From Aureliella sp. (GTDB lineage: Bacteria; Planctomycetota; Planctomycetia; Pirellulales; Pirellulaceae): DNA of 64,000 nucleotides. This document shows positions 1-10,738 of this stretch, in pieces; position 1 is the first letter of the stretch, and each line of letters begins with the position of its first letter. The stretch spans positions 192,001 to 256,000 of the forward strand of contig OY829846.1 in the NCBI GenBank assembly GCA_963691875.1. The letters are read 5' to 3'. The notes beneath the pieces were generated by a model that saw only the letters and a program-made list of their open reading frames with translations, did not search any database and was not told where the DNA came from. The position numbers were made by a program, and so were the translations under genes.

Positions 1-28
1 GTCGTGGGTTCAAATCCCGCTAGCCCGA
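1..28 (+). tRNA. 3' part of a tRNA, most likely tRNA-Pro (window starts inside the gene)
   Basis: GTCGTGGG-TTCAAAT-CCCGC-TAGCCCG-A: T-arm with GGTTCAAATCC, acceptor 3' strand ending CCCG plus discriminator A (Pro-type). The copy at 10604 carries a TT-GGG-GT anticodon loop. Confidence 0.85.
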
Positions 29-37
29 TTTGAAATC

Positions 38-77
38 AAAACAGCTCGTCGCATCGATTTGCGTCGAGCTGTTTTTC
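38..77 (+). terminator. Rho-independent terminator after the tRNA
   Basis: AAAACAGCTCG...CGAGCTGTTTT inverted repeat followed by a T-run. Confidence 0.75.
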
Positions 78-312
78 GTGTGTTGCCAACGCTTCGCGAT
101 CTCTTGAAATTCTGTCTCTGTAGTTCAAACAGTCATTCGATCTCGGACCGTTGATTTGGTCATCTGCGATATCTTTTGCTGCGTAAAGAGATGGTAAGTT
201 TAAATCCTGTCGCCACTCTCGTTTCGCGTTGACGTTAGGGGACTGACGCCATGCAATCCGAATTAACGTTGACGCGACATCCGAACCAAGAGCAGGAAAG
301 CCAAGGCCCCTC

Positions 313-1350
313 TTAGAAAGAAAGCTCTTCGTCGTCTTTTTCATCGTCGTCTTTTGGATTGTTGTTTGGGGGATACTTCCACGCTGCCAGCGCCACGGCC
401 ACTTCATCGAGCCATTGCGTCTCAGGTTCGTACTCGGGCGACTTGCCCATGGTCGGGCAAATGCCGCCGCCCCCGGAGTGTTCATTCCATGAATACATGA
501 TCACAGTCTGCGCCTCGCAGTTCTCGGGGTGGGTTGCCACGAAATCAAGAACAGCTTTTACTCGGGCCGCGAGGTCACCGTCCTTGGGTCACTGGCAGTG
601 ATACAATTCTTTTATAGGCTTTTGCTTGCGATTAAAGGCGTGGGCCCACCGATAATGCATGCTCGGGCAGGGAGGAATGAACGGAAGGTCGCGGTTCAGA
701 TACTCTTGCTCGCAGGTCTTGAGGATCTCCTCGGTGGCCGACGCATAGGTTGGCGCTTCGTCTCTTCTGGCAACCTCACCGCCATAGGCTCCCTCATAGT
801 CCATGAATGCATCGTAGCCCTCTTTCTTCAGTGTTTCGGCATGCATGAAACTATACCTCGGCTCCATGCAACCAACGATGTAAGGGGTCTTCAGGCCCGC
901 GGCTTCGACCTGCTACCTGACGTACTCCGCAGTTTCGCCGCCGGTCATGTGCTCTTTGCCCTGGGCGATCTGTAGGGCCGCTCGGAATCGTTCGGGATGG
1001 TAGACGACGATCAAGGGGCGACCGTCCATCACCGTCTGCCAGTTCGGCATTTTGATGTACTTAATCGTCTCGTCCATCATGGTGGTCACTTTGCTTCGCG
1101 TGTAACGAATGGCTCGGTGCGCATACAGAGCCCAAGTGAAGTTTACTTTTTGGGCTTCTGGTATCTTGCTGGCCATGTGGCAATCGAAATTGTTCCTGAG
1201 TCCCCAACCGTTGGCGTAAAGCTTGCGTGCCGGTCCGTGGTAGACAAAGAAATCAATTCCGGCGTTGCAGGCATAGCGGAGCTCCTCGTCCATGGTCTCC
1301 TGCAGCAGTTGCTGGCTGAAGGGATGGTTGAACCACAGAGGACCGGCGTT
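313..1350 (-). pseudogene. Fragmented GH99/GH71/WbsX-like glycoside hydrolase gene, 5' end missing
   Basis: Three consecutive fragments (913-1428, 589-867, 313-540) with MDEELRYACNAGIDFFVY, DGRPLIVVY and a C-terminal IMYSWNEH..GG.CPT motif; broken by stops/frameshifts. Confidence 0.55.
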
Positions 1351-2395
1351 GGCGGGCTGGGTAGCCCTGCAGGGACGGCTTTTGTTGAGCGGGGACGTGA
1401 CGTTCGCGCCCAAAGACGACGAAGTCACCTCGGCTGTTGCGGCGTCCCGTCGGCTGATTCTTGAGAATGGGTAGCAGCGAATCCCCAGTCATTTGCCTGG
1501 GTATTTTGCTGCCGGCGACTTCCAGAAACGTCGGAGCCAAGTCGGTTAACGAAACCAACGTGTCGACAGAGCGAGGCAATTTCACTTGCTGACCCCAGCG
1601 AATCGCCAGTGGTACGCGGGTGCCCCAGTCGTAGAGGTTGGCTTTGCAGCGGGGAAAGGGCATACCGTGGTCGCCAGTCATGACGATGATCGTATTTTCG
1701 AGTTCGTTGGCTGCTTCGAGCAGTTCGATGGCCTTGCCCACGTCACGGTCCCAGCGCTGAACTTCAAAATAGTAATCCGCAATGTCGCTGCGAATCTCGG
1801 CAGTGTCCGGATAGAACGCAGGGACCCGTACTTTGTCGACGGGAATTCCGCTCTTCGCACCGCTGTCTTTGACGTAGCTGCGATGCGGATCACTGGTGCC
1901 GAACCAGAAACAAAAGGGCTTGCCTCTATCCCGCTGCTGCATGAATTCGTTGAATGTGCTCGCAGGTCCGCACGGGTCCTCGGTGTATCCGCCTGGCATA
2001 AACGAACCGGGCCCCCACGCTTTGCGCCAATGACCAATTTCATAGCCCGCTCCTCTTAAAAGAAACATAAAGTTTGGATAACTAACATCCAAAGTGCTCC
2101 AAAGATTCGCCCCAGATTCCAGGCGGTAGAACTGTTGCCCGGTCAGGATGGAATTGCGACAGGGAGTGCAGGAGGGGCAGGAGACAAAGGCACGCTCGAA
2201 GAGAATCCCTTCTTTCGCCAGCCTATCAAAAGTGGGTGTCTTGATCACTTGATCGCCATAAACCCCGGCATGTGGCCAACCCCAATCGTCCGCCATGCAG
2301 AACAAGATACTGGGAGACTTTGCTTCGACTCGACCAGCAGGCGTGAAGGCAATCAAGAGCGGGGCGATTGCGACCGAGAGGAGTGCTGGTTTCAT
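1253..2395 (-). pseudogene. Sulfatase, C-terminally truncated
   Basis: Signal peptide, ADDWG, CTPCR (CxPxR), GDHG; sulfatase-like sequence stops after GRERH..GYPAR (~1352) and runs out of frame into the neighbouring gene. Confidence 0.75.
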
Positions 2396-5300
2396 TTTGT
2401 TTGCTCCTTCAATTCGCTCAGGTGTAGCTTGCCGTCGCCATTTGAATCGATGTTATTGAATCGCTTGGTTAGGGCGAGCACATTGCGCCCCTTTGGGTTA
2501 CCAATGAATTCTTCCAGCGTGATCGCTCCGTCACCATTCCGATCCCGACTCTTGAAGAATTGGTCCTGCGAGCGGCGCCCGGGCGGGGGCCATTGCGAAG
2601 CGGCTTGATTGACTGATCCTGACGGCAACATCACGTACTCATGTGAGACCTCGGAGCCATTCCGGCTGAGCTCCAGCACACAGGCGGGAATCGTGGCCAA
2701 ATTGATCTCTTGGGGAATGGCTCCACCTTTCCAGCCAAACAGGACCTTGGCAGTTCCATTCTTTGGTGCCGCGTCCCAGCCCAGTTCCACGCTTCCGTCG
2801 GAGATGTTGTTGACCCGAACCCAGTTCGATCCCTCCAGCACAATCGCATGTGTGTGGCGAGAGGCGTCGTCCTGATCTGTCAGCCGGATCAGGCGATTGC
2901 CCGCCTTGTCGGTCTTGATTGGGGGGACATTCAAGCGAAGCGCCCGAGGTCGCTTTGGACCTGTGCGGACAGACTGCTCCGTGCGCATCGCCTGTGGGTC
3001 TCCCATGAAGTTAGGATTGCGAATCGGAACAAGGGCATCCGTGTCGGCAAGGAAGGTTTCAATCAAACGATCAAGCTCCCGAACTTTTTCCGGGAAGTGG
3101 TCCGCCAGATTGATCGCCTCGGAGGGATCACGTTTCAGATCGAAGAGTTCGTAGGCATGCGAGGCAGCATCCTTTCCGGCATGGAAGAAACGAATGAGTT
3201 TCCAGTCCCCATATCGCACGCTGGTCGAAGGCGCGCATAGCGCGCCCATGTTGTGCGGGAAGTGAGTGAAGATGGGACGGCGTTTCATTGCATCACCGCG
3301 CAGCAGGGGAACAATGCTCTTTCCGTCCAGTGGCATACCCTCACAAGGCATCACCCCGGCAGCTTCCAACACCGTCGGATAGATGTCGGTGGATTGAACC
3401 GGATCGTGGCATACAGTTCCCGGCTGGATCTTTCCGGGCCAGCGGACAATCCACGGCTCCCGCACGCCGCCTTCATAGGTATTGGCCTTGCCGCCGCGCA
3501 GAGGGCGGTTCGATGTCCAGGGATTGCCGTCCACCTGATTGTGAATCACGCCGCCGTTGTCGGAGGTCAGGATGATCAGAGTGTTTTCCTTCAGCTGGCG
3601 ATTGGCCGGCTTGTCTAGCCAGTCGAGTAACATGCCAATGCTGTTGTCCATGCTGTCGAGCATGGTCGCCATTTCGGGACAGCGTTGATCGGCCTTTGGG
3701 TCTCTGCGTCTGTTGTATTTGGGCAACAGGTCTTTCTTAGGAATGACCGGACCGTGTACCGCGTAGTGCCAGAAGTTCAAGTAGAACGGCTGGTCGGAAT
3801 CCTTGACCGAATCAATCCACTTGATGGATTCCTCCGCCAGTCGTTCATTCAGGTACTCCCCTTCTGGACCTGGTTTCAAGTTCCGGATGCCGGATCCGTT
3901 GCGTGCATAGGGCGAGTAGTAGTCGGGCGGCCCCGGTCGGTGCGCGCCTCCGATGACAAAATCAAAACCTTGATTTTCCGCGTGATACTTCGTGTCGCCT
4001 TCTGTAAACCGCGCGCCAGAGGGACTCAAATGCCATTTGCCGATATGTGCTGTGTGGTAGTTCGCCTCCTTGAGCGCCTCGGCCAACGTGAAAACTTCCA
4101 ACGGCAGATGATTTCGGTTCTGCACGCGACCGCAGTATTCATTGGGATTCGGCGGCAAAGCCTTTGGATTCGGCACGTTCTTAGGTGTCACCGCCTGGGT
4201 CATGCGCAGCCGGGCGGGATATTGGCCCGACATGATGCTGGCGCGGGTGGGTGAGCACAGGGGAGCCGCCGCGTAGGCATCAGTGAAACGAATGCCCTCG
4301 CCGCAAAGACGCGCCAGGTTGGGAGTGTCGTAGTACATCGAGCCGTATGAAGCAGAATCGGCCCAGCCCATGTCATCAATCAGGATCATGATCACGTTGG
4401 GTTTTTGCGCGTCTTTGGTGGACTGAATCGGAGCGCTCCTCAACGGGGACGTTACCGACGGCGTATTCCGATGCTTTTGCGCGGCGGCACCGGTTGACTG
4501 CGACTCTCTGGCTTTCGAATTTCGTTCCACGGTTTTTGAACGACCAGAGTTCTCGCGCACGCCCCATTGTCTTTCAGCAAATTCATAGAGACTGGAATGG
4601 AAGCCGCCAGAGTAATGGGGAACCGGCAGGGTCTTCGTAAAGGATTTTAATTCCTTCCTGAACTCGGCGGCTTTCTCCGGCATTTCTTCAATCAAGTTGA
4701 CCGCCTCATGGAAGTCCTTGTCGGGGTTGTAAGCTGCCGGCTTTTCCATGGAGACGTCAAACAGGAGTTCCTCGCCGTTCTCGTGCCGCATGTATTTGAG
4801 TTTCCCTTCGATGATGGACGCCGTATTCATGTAGCGCTGATACAGATATCGATGCGGGGCGCCTTTATCCTCGCCGGTGAGGTGCGGCATCAGGTTCACC
4901 CCGTCGAGCATGGGGTCCGAATCAGGGGCGCCGCCAGCAACAGCTACCGCGGTGGCGCCGGCATCCAGTGTATTGACACCCTGGTCAAACACCTGACTTG
5001 GGATAACGCCTTTCCAGTGGATGATGTAGGGAATCCGGGAACCTCCTTCGAAGATGATTCCTTTGGACCCATGCCAGGGATCGTTAACGGAGCCATCCCA
5101 GGATCGGACGCTTAAGGGGGCGCCGTTGTCACTCATGAAGAAGATGAGAGTGTTTTCCAACTTCCCCTTTTCTTGCAGCAACCGATAGATGTCCCCGACG
5201 CCGTTGTCGATGCCCTTCAATAGAGCCAGACCTTGCTGCCGAACCTCGGCTTCGGTGTAGTCTCTTGCGTAGTTGGCACTCTTTTTGATCATCACGCTGG

Positions 5301-6135
5301 AGTGATCGTAGCCCTTCTGCTCAAGTTCCGAGAGTGAAAGAACCTGATCAGTCAACGAGGCAGGTGCGTCCAAAGGAACATGCGGACCGTAGTAGCCGAG
5401 GTACAGAAAAAACGGATCCGATTCGTCCACGTGTCGATTGATGAAAGCCAGAGCAAGCTCGGTCTGCAACTGGATGCGGTACTTTTCCTTGTGCGAATTT
5501 TCTTCATAGGTGCGATAGTTCACCTCTCTGGCAGGGAAGCTTTTTCCGGTGACATCGAAGTTGGACCAGAGGCTTGTTGCTGTACCCTCGGCAAATTCAT
5601 CGTAACCAAACCGTTGCGGTTTGAATGAGTTCAAAACCGAGAGAGGAACGTCCGCCATGCTTTTGTAGCCATGCGTCTTCAACCATTGCTTGGTTCCTCG
5701 ATTGACATCGAGGTGCCATTTCCCGACGTGTCCGGTCGTGTATCCCAATCCTTTCAAACGCGAGGCAATGGATTTTTGTGTCGTGGGAAGCGGCCCCTCC
5801 TTGTTTGATTCAACCCCAAAGCGCTGCTGATACCGTCCAGTGACAATTCCCGCGCGCGATGGCACACATTGCGGCGCGGTGCAGTAAGCCTGCGTCATCA
5901 GCGCTCCGTGGGTCGACAGTCGGTGTACGTTAGGCATGCTGACTTCATCGCGCAGATCGGTCGCTTCCAGGTCGTTGTAGCCATGGTCATCAGTCACGAT
6001 GAAAATGAGGTTCGGCCGATGAGCACCAAGCTTTGACTCCTGAGCGAATGCGGAAGGGGTAACAGTGCAGAACATCAAGAATGCCAACATTAATGTCGCA
6101 AGCATTGTCTTTGCCTTATCCAGGGGGAGAGCCAT
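2392..6135 (-). CDS. Tandem double sulfatase with C-terminal EF-hand pair (1247 aa)
   Basis: Signal peptide; two modules (TDDHG/CVPSRAGIVTG/GKWHL/SDNG and IDDMG/CSPTRASIMSG/GKWHL/SDNG); EF-hand loops DRNGDGAITLEE and DSNGDGKLHLSE. Confidence 0.92.
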   Translation of the reverse strand: MALPLDKAKTMLATLMLAFLMFCTVTPSAFAQESKLGAHRPNLIFIVTDDHGYNDLEATDLRDEVSMPNVHRLSTHGALMTQAYCTAPQCVPSRAGIVTGRYQQRFGVESNKEGPLPTTQKSIASRLKGLGYTTGHVGKWHLDVNRGTKQWLKTHGYKSMADVPLSVLNSFKPQRFGYDEFAEGTATSLWSNFDVTGKSFPAREVNYRTYEENSHKEKYRIQLQTELALAFINRHVDESDPFFLYLGYYGPHVPLDAPASLTDQVLSLSELEQKGYDHSSVMIKKSANYARDYTEAEVRQQGLALLKGIDNGVGDIYRLLQEKGKLENTLIFFMSDNGAPLSVRSWDGSVNDPWHGSKGIIFEGGSRIPYIIHWKGVIPSQVFDQGVNTLDAGATAVAVAGGAPDSDPMLDGVNLMPHLTGEDKGAPHRYLYQRYMNTASIIEGKLKYMRHENGEELLFDVSMEKPAAYNPDKDFHEAVNLIEEMPEKAAEFRKELKSFTKTLPVPHYSGGFHSSLYEFAERQWGVRENSGRSKTVERNSKARESQSTGAAAQKHRNTPSVTSPLRSAPIQSTKDAQKPNVIMILIDDMGWADSASYGSMYYDTPNLARLCGEGIRFTDAYAAAPLCSPTRASIMSGQYPARLRMTQAVTPKNVPNPKALPPNPNEYCGRVQNRNHLPLEVFTLAEALKEANYHTAHIGKWHLSPSGARFTEGDTKYHAENQGFDFVIGGAHRPGPPDYYSPYARNGSGIRNLKPGPEGEYLNERLAEESIKWIDSVKDSDQPFYLNFWHYAVHGPVIPKKDLLPKYNRRRDPKADQRCPEMATMLDSMDNSIGMLLDWLDKPANRQLKENTLIILTSDNGGVIHNQVDGNPWTSNRPLRGGKANTYEGGVREPWIVRWPGKIQPGTVCHDPVQSTDIYPTVLEAAGVMPCEGMPLDGKSIVPLLRGDAMKRRPIFTHFPHNMGALCAPSTSVRYGDWKLIRFFHAGKDAASHAYELFDLKRDPSEAINLADHFPEKVRELDRLIETFLADTDALVPIRNPNFMGDPQAMRTEQSVRTGPKRPRALRLNVPPIKTDKAGNRLIRLTDQDDASRHTHAIVLEGSNWVRVNNISDGSVELGWDAAPKNGTAKVLFGWKGGAIPQEINLATIPACVLELSRNGSEVSHEYVMLPSGSVNQAASQWPPPGRRSQDQFFKSRDRNGDGAITLEEFIGNPKGRNVLALTKRFNNIDSNGDGKLHLSELKEQTK

Positions 6136-6212
6136 GGTGATTCCTGTTATCCAAAAACATGGCGTTTCATAGGCTGGTATAGCTGCAGTAGGTCTTGAAC
6201 TTGACTGGCTGG

Positions 6213-6938
6213 TCAGCCACGGCTTGGGGATGGGGTAGTTTTCTTAGTTGTCGGCTTGTCCGCGAGTTGCTCTCGCTCGGCAGCTTCATTACGCAGGTAC
6301 TCGACCAATTGGCCTGAGTGCGAATGGAGCGATTGACTTGCCCGCTGCGCATCTCCGGCGTCCAAGGCGTCGACAATAGACTCATGCTCACGAGCGATAG
6401 CGACGAAATCAGCAGTCTTGAGAGACTCTAAGGCGAAACGGGTGCGAACCTCGAAGGCCAGAGAATCCCAGACACGCAGCAGCACACCGTTCTCCGACGC
6501 TTGTACGATCGCGCGATGAAACGCCTGATTCTCACGCTGATAGGCGTCGAAATCGCGGCGCCGGGCTGCCGCCACAATCGCTTTGCAGACCTTTCGAAGC
6601 TCGCCACAATTTCCGCGGAGCACGTTGGCGGCCGTCATCGCCGCAAGCGACTCCAGAGCAGCGCGGACCTGGAACGCCTCGATGGTCTCGGTCAGCGACA
6701 CTTCCCGGACCCAGGCTCCTTTGTGGGTCGCGGAATCGAGGACTCCCATGGCGACGAGTTCGCGGATCGCTTCGCGCACCGGAATAGCGCTGACCGCAAA
6801 TTCCTTTGTCAACCTGCTTTCTACGATGCGTTCCCCGGGCGCGAGTTCGCCGCACCCTATTCGCTGCAACAGGACCTCTCGGATTTGCTCAGGTACCGAA
6901 AGGCGGACCAGATTCATGAGACTGGGCTCCTCGATCAT
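6213..6938 (-). CDS. GntR-family transcriptional regulator (FCD domain)
   Basis: N-terminal wHTH LAPGERIVESRLTKEFAVSAIPVREAIREL; FCD motifs NQAFHRAIV and EHESIVDAL. Confidence 0.92.
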   Translation of the reverse strand: MIEEPSLMNLVRLSVPEQIREVLLQRIGCGELAPGERIVESRLTKEFAVSAIPVREAIRELVAMGVLDSATHKGAWVREVSLTETIEAFQVRAALESLAAMTAANVLRGNCGELRKVCKAIVAAARRRDFDAYQRENQAFHRAIVQASENGVLLRVWDSLAFEVRTRFALESLKTADFVAIAREHESIVDALDAGDAQRASQSLHSHSGQLVEYLRNEAAEREQLADKPTTKKTTPSPSRG

Positions 6939-7248
6939 GAAGGAATACCTGAAAAGCGAGACGAGCCATCGATCATGAATGATATATGATGTCTCGTCAA
7001 GTTATGCTCGTCAGGCGAGATCACATGAAGCTTCACACGACGAACCTGCCCGCGGGAGGTACTTGGGGATTAAACCAGGTGGCGGACCGCCCAAGAAACT
7101 TCGCCGACCGATGCACAGAGCCGAACGTGACAATTGAGCAAGTTGATCCTGCAAACAGATTACGCAAACACCGCCGCAACACGACTGCACACCAGCGGTT
7201 GCGATGTTTGCAGCGCGACAATACCAAGTTGAAAAGGTGCTAACCGTG

Positions 7249-7304
7249 TCCTGTCGCCCCGACTTGAAAAACCTTGTGATACCTTAGGTTCCACAGGATT
7301 TTTT
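7249..7304 (+). repeat. Short tRNA-Pro-like 3' remnant plus hairpin/T-run (att-like scar)
   Basis: TCCTGTCGCCCCGA resembles the end of a tRNA-Pro; followed by AAAAACCTTGTG...CACAGGATTTTTT, the same layout as 10618-10690. Confidence 0.5.
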
Positions 7305-7357
7305 CGTATCCTGGCGCTCCTGGCCAAAAGGTTACCACCCTTTTCAGGAGTGTCTCA

Positions 7358-7890
7358 GTGCCACGACAGCCTAAACCGTACTACATCGAGAGAGACAAGC
7401 AGTGGGGTTGCACCGTTGCCGGTAGGGGGATCTACCATGGCAAGTTGAAGGGCGAGTCGCTTGACAAGTTCCACCAGTTGATGGCTGATCGTGAAGCCAT
7501 CGGTGCCGAGATCAAAACCGTTTACGCCATGGCTCAGGAGTATCTCACTCGGGTTGAGAAGAACGAGGCTCCCGCTACTTATGACAAGGTGCTTCGCAGC
7601 CTGAAGAACTTCTGCACTAACACCGGCAAATCCCTCAAGCTGACCAGCCCGAAGGGGGCATCACCTGGCTAAGTGGATTGCAAAGAACCCAGGCCCGCAG
7701 AGCACGACAACACAGAACATTAACCTGCTATGTGTGACAACAAATGTTGAATTGGTGTGTGGAGGAGGGCTACATCTCTAAGAATTGCCTACACGGATGG
7801 AAGAAGCCACCGGAGGAGGTTTGAGAGGAGTACTATGACGATGAGTAGTGCAGTAAGATCCTCGACGATGCCACAGCGGAGATTGTGTCC
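7358..7890 (+). pseudogene. Tyrosine integrase N-terminal relic (copy 1)
   Basis: CAGGAG RBS, GTG start, MPRQPKPYY..KQW; a later frame reads MLNWCVEEGYISKN..GWKKP (core-binding-domain-like); stops/frameshifts, no catalytic domain. Confidence 0.7.
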
Positions 7891-7992
7891 ACGTGTAAAC
7901 CTTGCCACATCCGCGCGATCCAGCAATCATAAACAGTGAAAATCAAAGCGTGATAAAAGCGGGCTGTTACCTACATTGGATTACAAAGTGAG

Positions 7993-8220
7993 TCAGCATT
8001 TGACGTGCGGATGATACGCTTGCCAATGCCTCATAGCTGGTTTGATGGTTCGCATCTCAACCCAATGCCCATGAGTTTTTCGCTTACTGGAAAGCAGTGT
8101 GTCCGGCTCTATTTCGCCTGACTCAATACGACCTAAGATGTTTTGCTCAGAAATGGGGCCGATACATTTCGGGCGGCGCAAAAATCTTCGTTTCTGGACA
8201 AAAAACCAGTCTGCTGACAT
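7993..8220 (-). CDS. Small GYF-2/DUF4339-like protein
   Basis: W(F)..IGPISEQNILGRIESGEIEPDTLL......HWVEM pattern; ATG at 8220 chosen as the likely start. Confidence 0.6.
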   Translation of the reverse strand: MSADWFFVQKRRFLRRPKCIGPISEQNILGRIESGEIEPDTLLSSKRKTHGHWVEMRTIKPAMRHWQAYHPHVKC

Positions 8221-8599
8221 TCGATACTTCTCTACGTGAGGTGGGACTGAAAAGTACAATCGTGCATCGGTGGTACCAACTTCCATGGGCATTGGGGGGG
8301 CTTTGTTGACTTCAATCGACGATCGCCCGATGGACTGAATTTGATCCGGAGGGTTCTGTTGAGATGACCGCTTCCAATGTCTGTATTCAACAGAAAAACT
8401 TTGCTAAATCGTAAATCACTGCCGCCTGTCTAGCTCCTGATTGAAGATAGACAGTTATGGAAGACAGCACAGCAAGCACATCGCCTCACAGAAGCCTAGA
8501 GCTCGTATGCCCAGCTCCAGAGCGGAACAGACGTAGTCATAGGCGACAGCGGCAGTAGAGGCAGTTGTGGTGACTTAGGTTCTTCTGGGGCAGAAAGCC

Positions 8600-9325
8600 G
8601 CAGTTGTGGCCAAACGGAAGAGCACCGCCGCCTCGGAATCTGAGTCCACCCTTATCGTCTGGGAATGCCGTCTCCACTGTGCCGCTGCACCCCTTGGCGT
8701 ACTTGCAGCCCCCATTGCCTACCAGAAGACGGCCTCCAGTCAGGCTCTCGATCCCAAGCGAGCAATCGATCTCGTGTCGTCCCTCCGTGTTTCAGTAGGA
8801 GTCGGTGACAAGCACGATTGGGGGATCGCTTGATCAACCGAACCACCAACGCTTTCGGGCGAACGCCGGTGTTTAGATTCCTAGATGTTGGTGCCCAGTT
8901 TGATAATATGTTTCTTCAAGAACTTGAATTTGCCGTCGTACTCGTAAACTAAGTTCTACTCGACGGCATCAGGCAGACCGCCGACCACAAAGAAATGAAC
9001 GTCTAGGTAGCCGCTTCTACCTGAGCCAGAAAAAACGTTTCGCGTCGAGCATGCTCCTAAGCAGATTCGGCGTCATAGATTCGAACCCACGGAGCAGCAA
9101 CGCGTCCAGGATCGTTGAACTTGCCCAAATTCACAGCGACTTAGATCTAGTTGCCGCAGAACCGAAGATCGCCGTGGTGATTGGCTACCGGAAGCTTCTT
9201 TAGTAGCGTACCTTCCATCTCGATCCGCACGAGAGTTTTCGTGAAGGACCAGAAGATCTGCTTCTCGTCAGTGCAAACGCCTTAAAGATGATGACTGTAC
9301 ATTCCTTCGAACAAGACCTCGAACA
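8600..9325 (-). pseudogene. Decayed beta-propeller-like hypothetical gene
   Basis: Manual minus-strand translation: MYSHHL*GVCTDEKQIFWSFTKTLV..KKLPVANHHGDL..VAVNLGKFND..HFFVVGGLPD..VYEYDGKF..RWWFG..DCSLGIE; coherent protein-like text with many stops. Confidence 0.6.
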
Positions 9326-9327
9326 AC

Positions 9328-9897
9328 TCAACGAGCGCCTTTGCCGACCTTAATCCACTCGACTTCCATCTTGAATGGTCCGGGCTTCTTGTCACCAAGT
9401 AGGAAGCCAAGGCCGCTCACTTTGCCGGGATCGAGTCTTTGATTTGGGAAAATGCGCCCTCGCCATGTTGCTGCGAACTGATTTATCGGGAACTCGACTT
9501 CGATCCATTCGTCTTTCTTTGTCTTAAACGACTGGCGGTACGAATAGCCGCCGAGGTTCCTTTGGGCGTAGACATTGAAATTGTACTCTCTGCCATCTCC
9601 CTTAACTCGGGCAACGATCACGTCATCTTTCTTCAGGGCGAGGTTGCCGCCTCTGGCTCTCACTGATGCAAAGCCACCGTTATTCTCCAGCGACAGATTA
9701 CCGAAGAACTCCATGTTCTTACCTTCGTTGATCTTGAACCTCCCATCGGATCGACCTCCCATCACACCGTCGTTCACCGTTTGCCACCGTTTGGCGGATT
9801 CCGCTTTGTCGAAGGTGAAGAGCACTCGATCCTCAGCGCTTACGTTCAGCGACACCACTGCGAGCATTAAGGCCGCCGCAAGTGTTTTGAATTTCAT
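9328..9897 (-). CDS. CIA30-family (complex I intermediate-associated protein 30-like) exported protein
   Basis: Signal peptide; WQTVNDGVMGGRS, GNLSLENNGGFASVR, VKGDGREY, GPFKMEV. Confidence 0.9.
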   Translation of the reverse strand: MKFKTLAAALMLAVVSLNVSAEDRVLFTFDKAESAKRWQTVNDGVMGGRSDGRFKINEGKNMEFFGNLSLENNGGFASVRARGGNLALKKDDVIVARVKGDGREYNFNVYAQRNLGGYSYRQSFKTKKDEWIEVEFPINQFAATWRGRIFPNQRLDPGKVSGLGFLLGDKKPGPFKMEVEWIKVGKGAR

Positions 9898-10603
9898 AGT
9901 GTTCCTACCTTTGTTGACATGAGCCCCAGAATACAGCCTCCCAGATCAGCGATCTATCGCCCTCCATTGGTGCCAAATACTGTTCAACAATGTCAAGTAT
10001 CAGCTTCGGTCAGCCAGCTTGAGACGCAGCATACGTCTTGCTGGTCCGGCAGTCGGTTGTCCTTTAGACAGCGATTACGGAGAATCGCCAGAGAGATTTC
10101 GGCAATCAACGTCTTTTCTTTTCACACCTGCCAAATAACTTGCCAATCAAGCTGCCGTGTGCTTTTTCGATTCCGAGTCCCCCAACTTCCTTGGAGCCGA
10201 CCGCTGTCCAGTCCGCTAGTGACTTGGAAAATACGCTGCTCTTGTCTGCCCGGTGCCTCAAAACCGTTTGATCGAGTAGCTGATAAGACGCAGAGAAATC
10301 AGCTACATTTTCGCCACAGCAGAGCGGTCCTCGTGCCCAATCCACAAACGACATTCCTTGAATGTGATAGTTGATGTCGTTTTTGTCGAGGGCAGGATAC
10401 GCAAGATCGTCGGCGTCGAAATTTATCTTTGGTTCGCGATTACCTAAAACTACCAGTTTCCGTAATGCTTTGGTAAATCTGCTACCGTTTATGCTGCCGA
10501 AAAACCCCCGCAAATATTGAGAACAATTGCAACCGTCGGATACGGATCTAAACTGCACTTTTTCTGAGATAAATGCTGAACGAACAGTAGCTTCGGTTTT
10601 TCT

Positions 10604-10645
10604 TTGGGGTGGTAGAGGTCGTGGATTCAAATACCGCTAGCCTGA
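10604..10645 (+). repeat. Degenerate copy of the tRNA-Pro(GGG) 3' half (att-like direct repeat)
   Basis: TTGGGGT-GGTAG-AGGTC-GTGGATTCAAATACCGCTAGCCTGA; 3 mismatches in 28 nt against positions 1-28; starts at the anticodon loop. Confidence 0.85.
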
Positions 10646-10738
10646 CATCAAAACCCTGTAATTCCCGAGGTTTCGCTGGGTTTTTTCGTGTCTCGGTGCT
10701 TCTGGGTGGTAGGAACCATTCTTTTCAGGAGTGGCTAG

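Larger units (their letters stand above)
29..10645. mobile_element. Decayed genomic island integrated at tRNA-Pro
   Basis: Bounded by the tRNA 3' end (1-28) and a 25/28-identical direct copy (10618-10645); contains an integrase relic and several pseudogenes. Confidence 0.7.

Noticed and set aside
10106..10630. 174-aa minus-strand ORF
   Set aside because: Starts inside the att-like repeat and shows no family motif I recognise; may be a relic but is unsupported.
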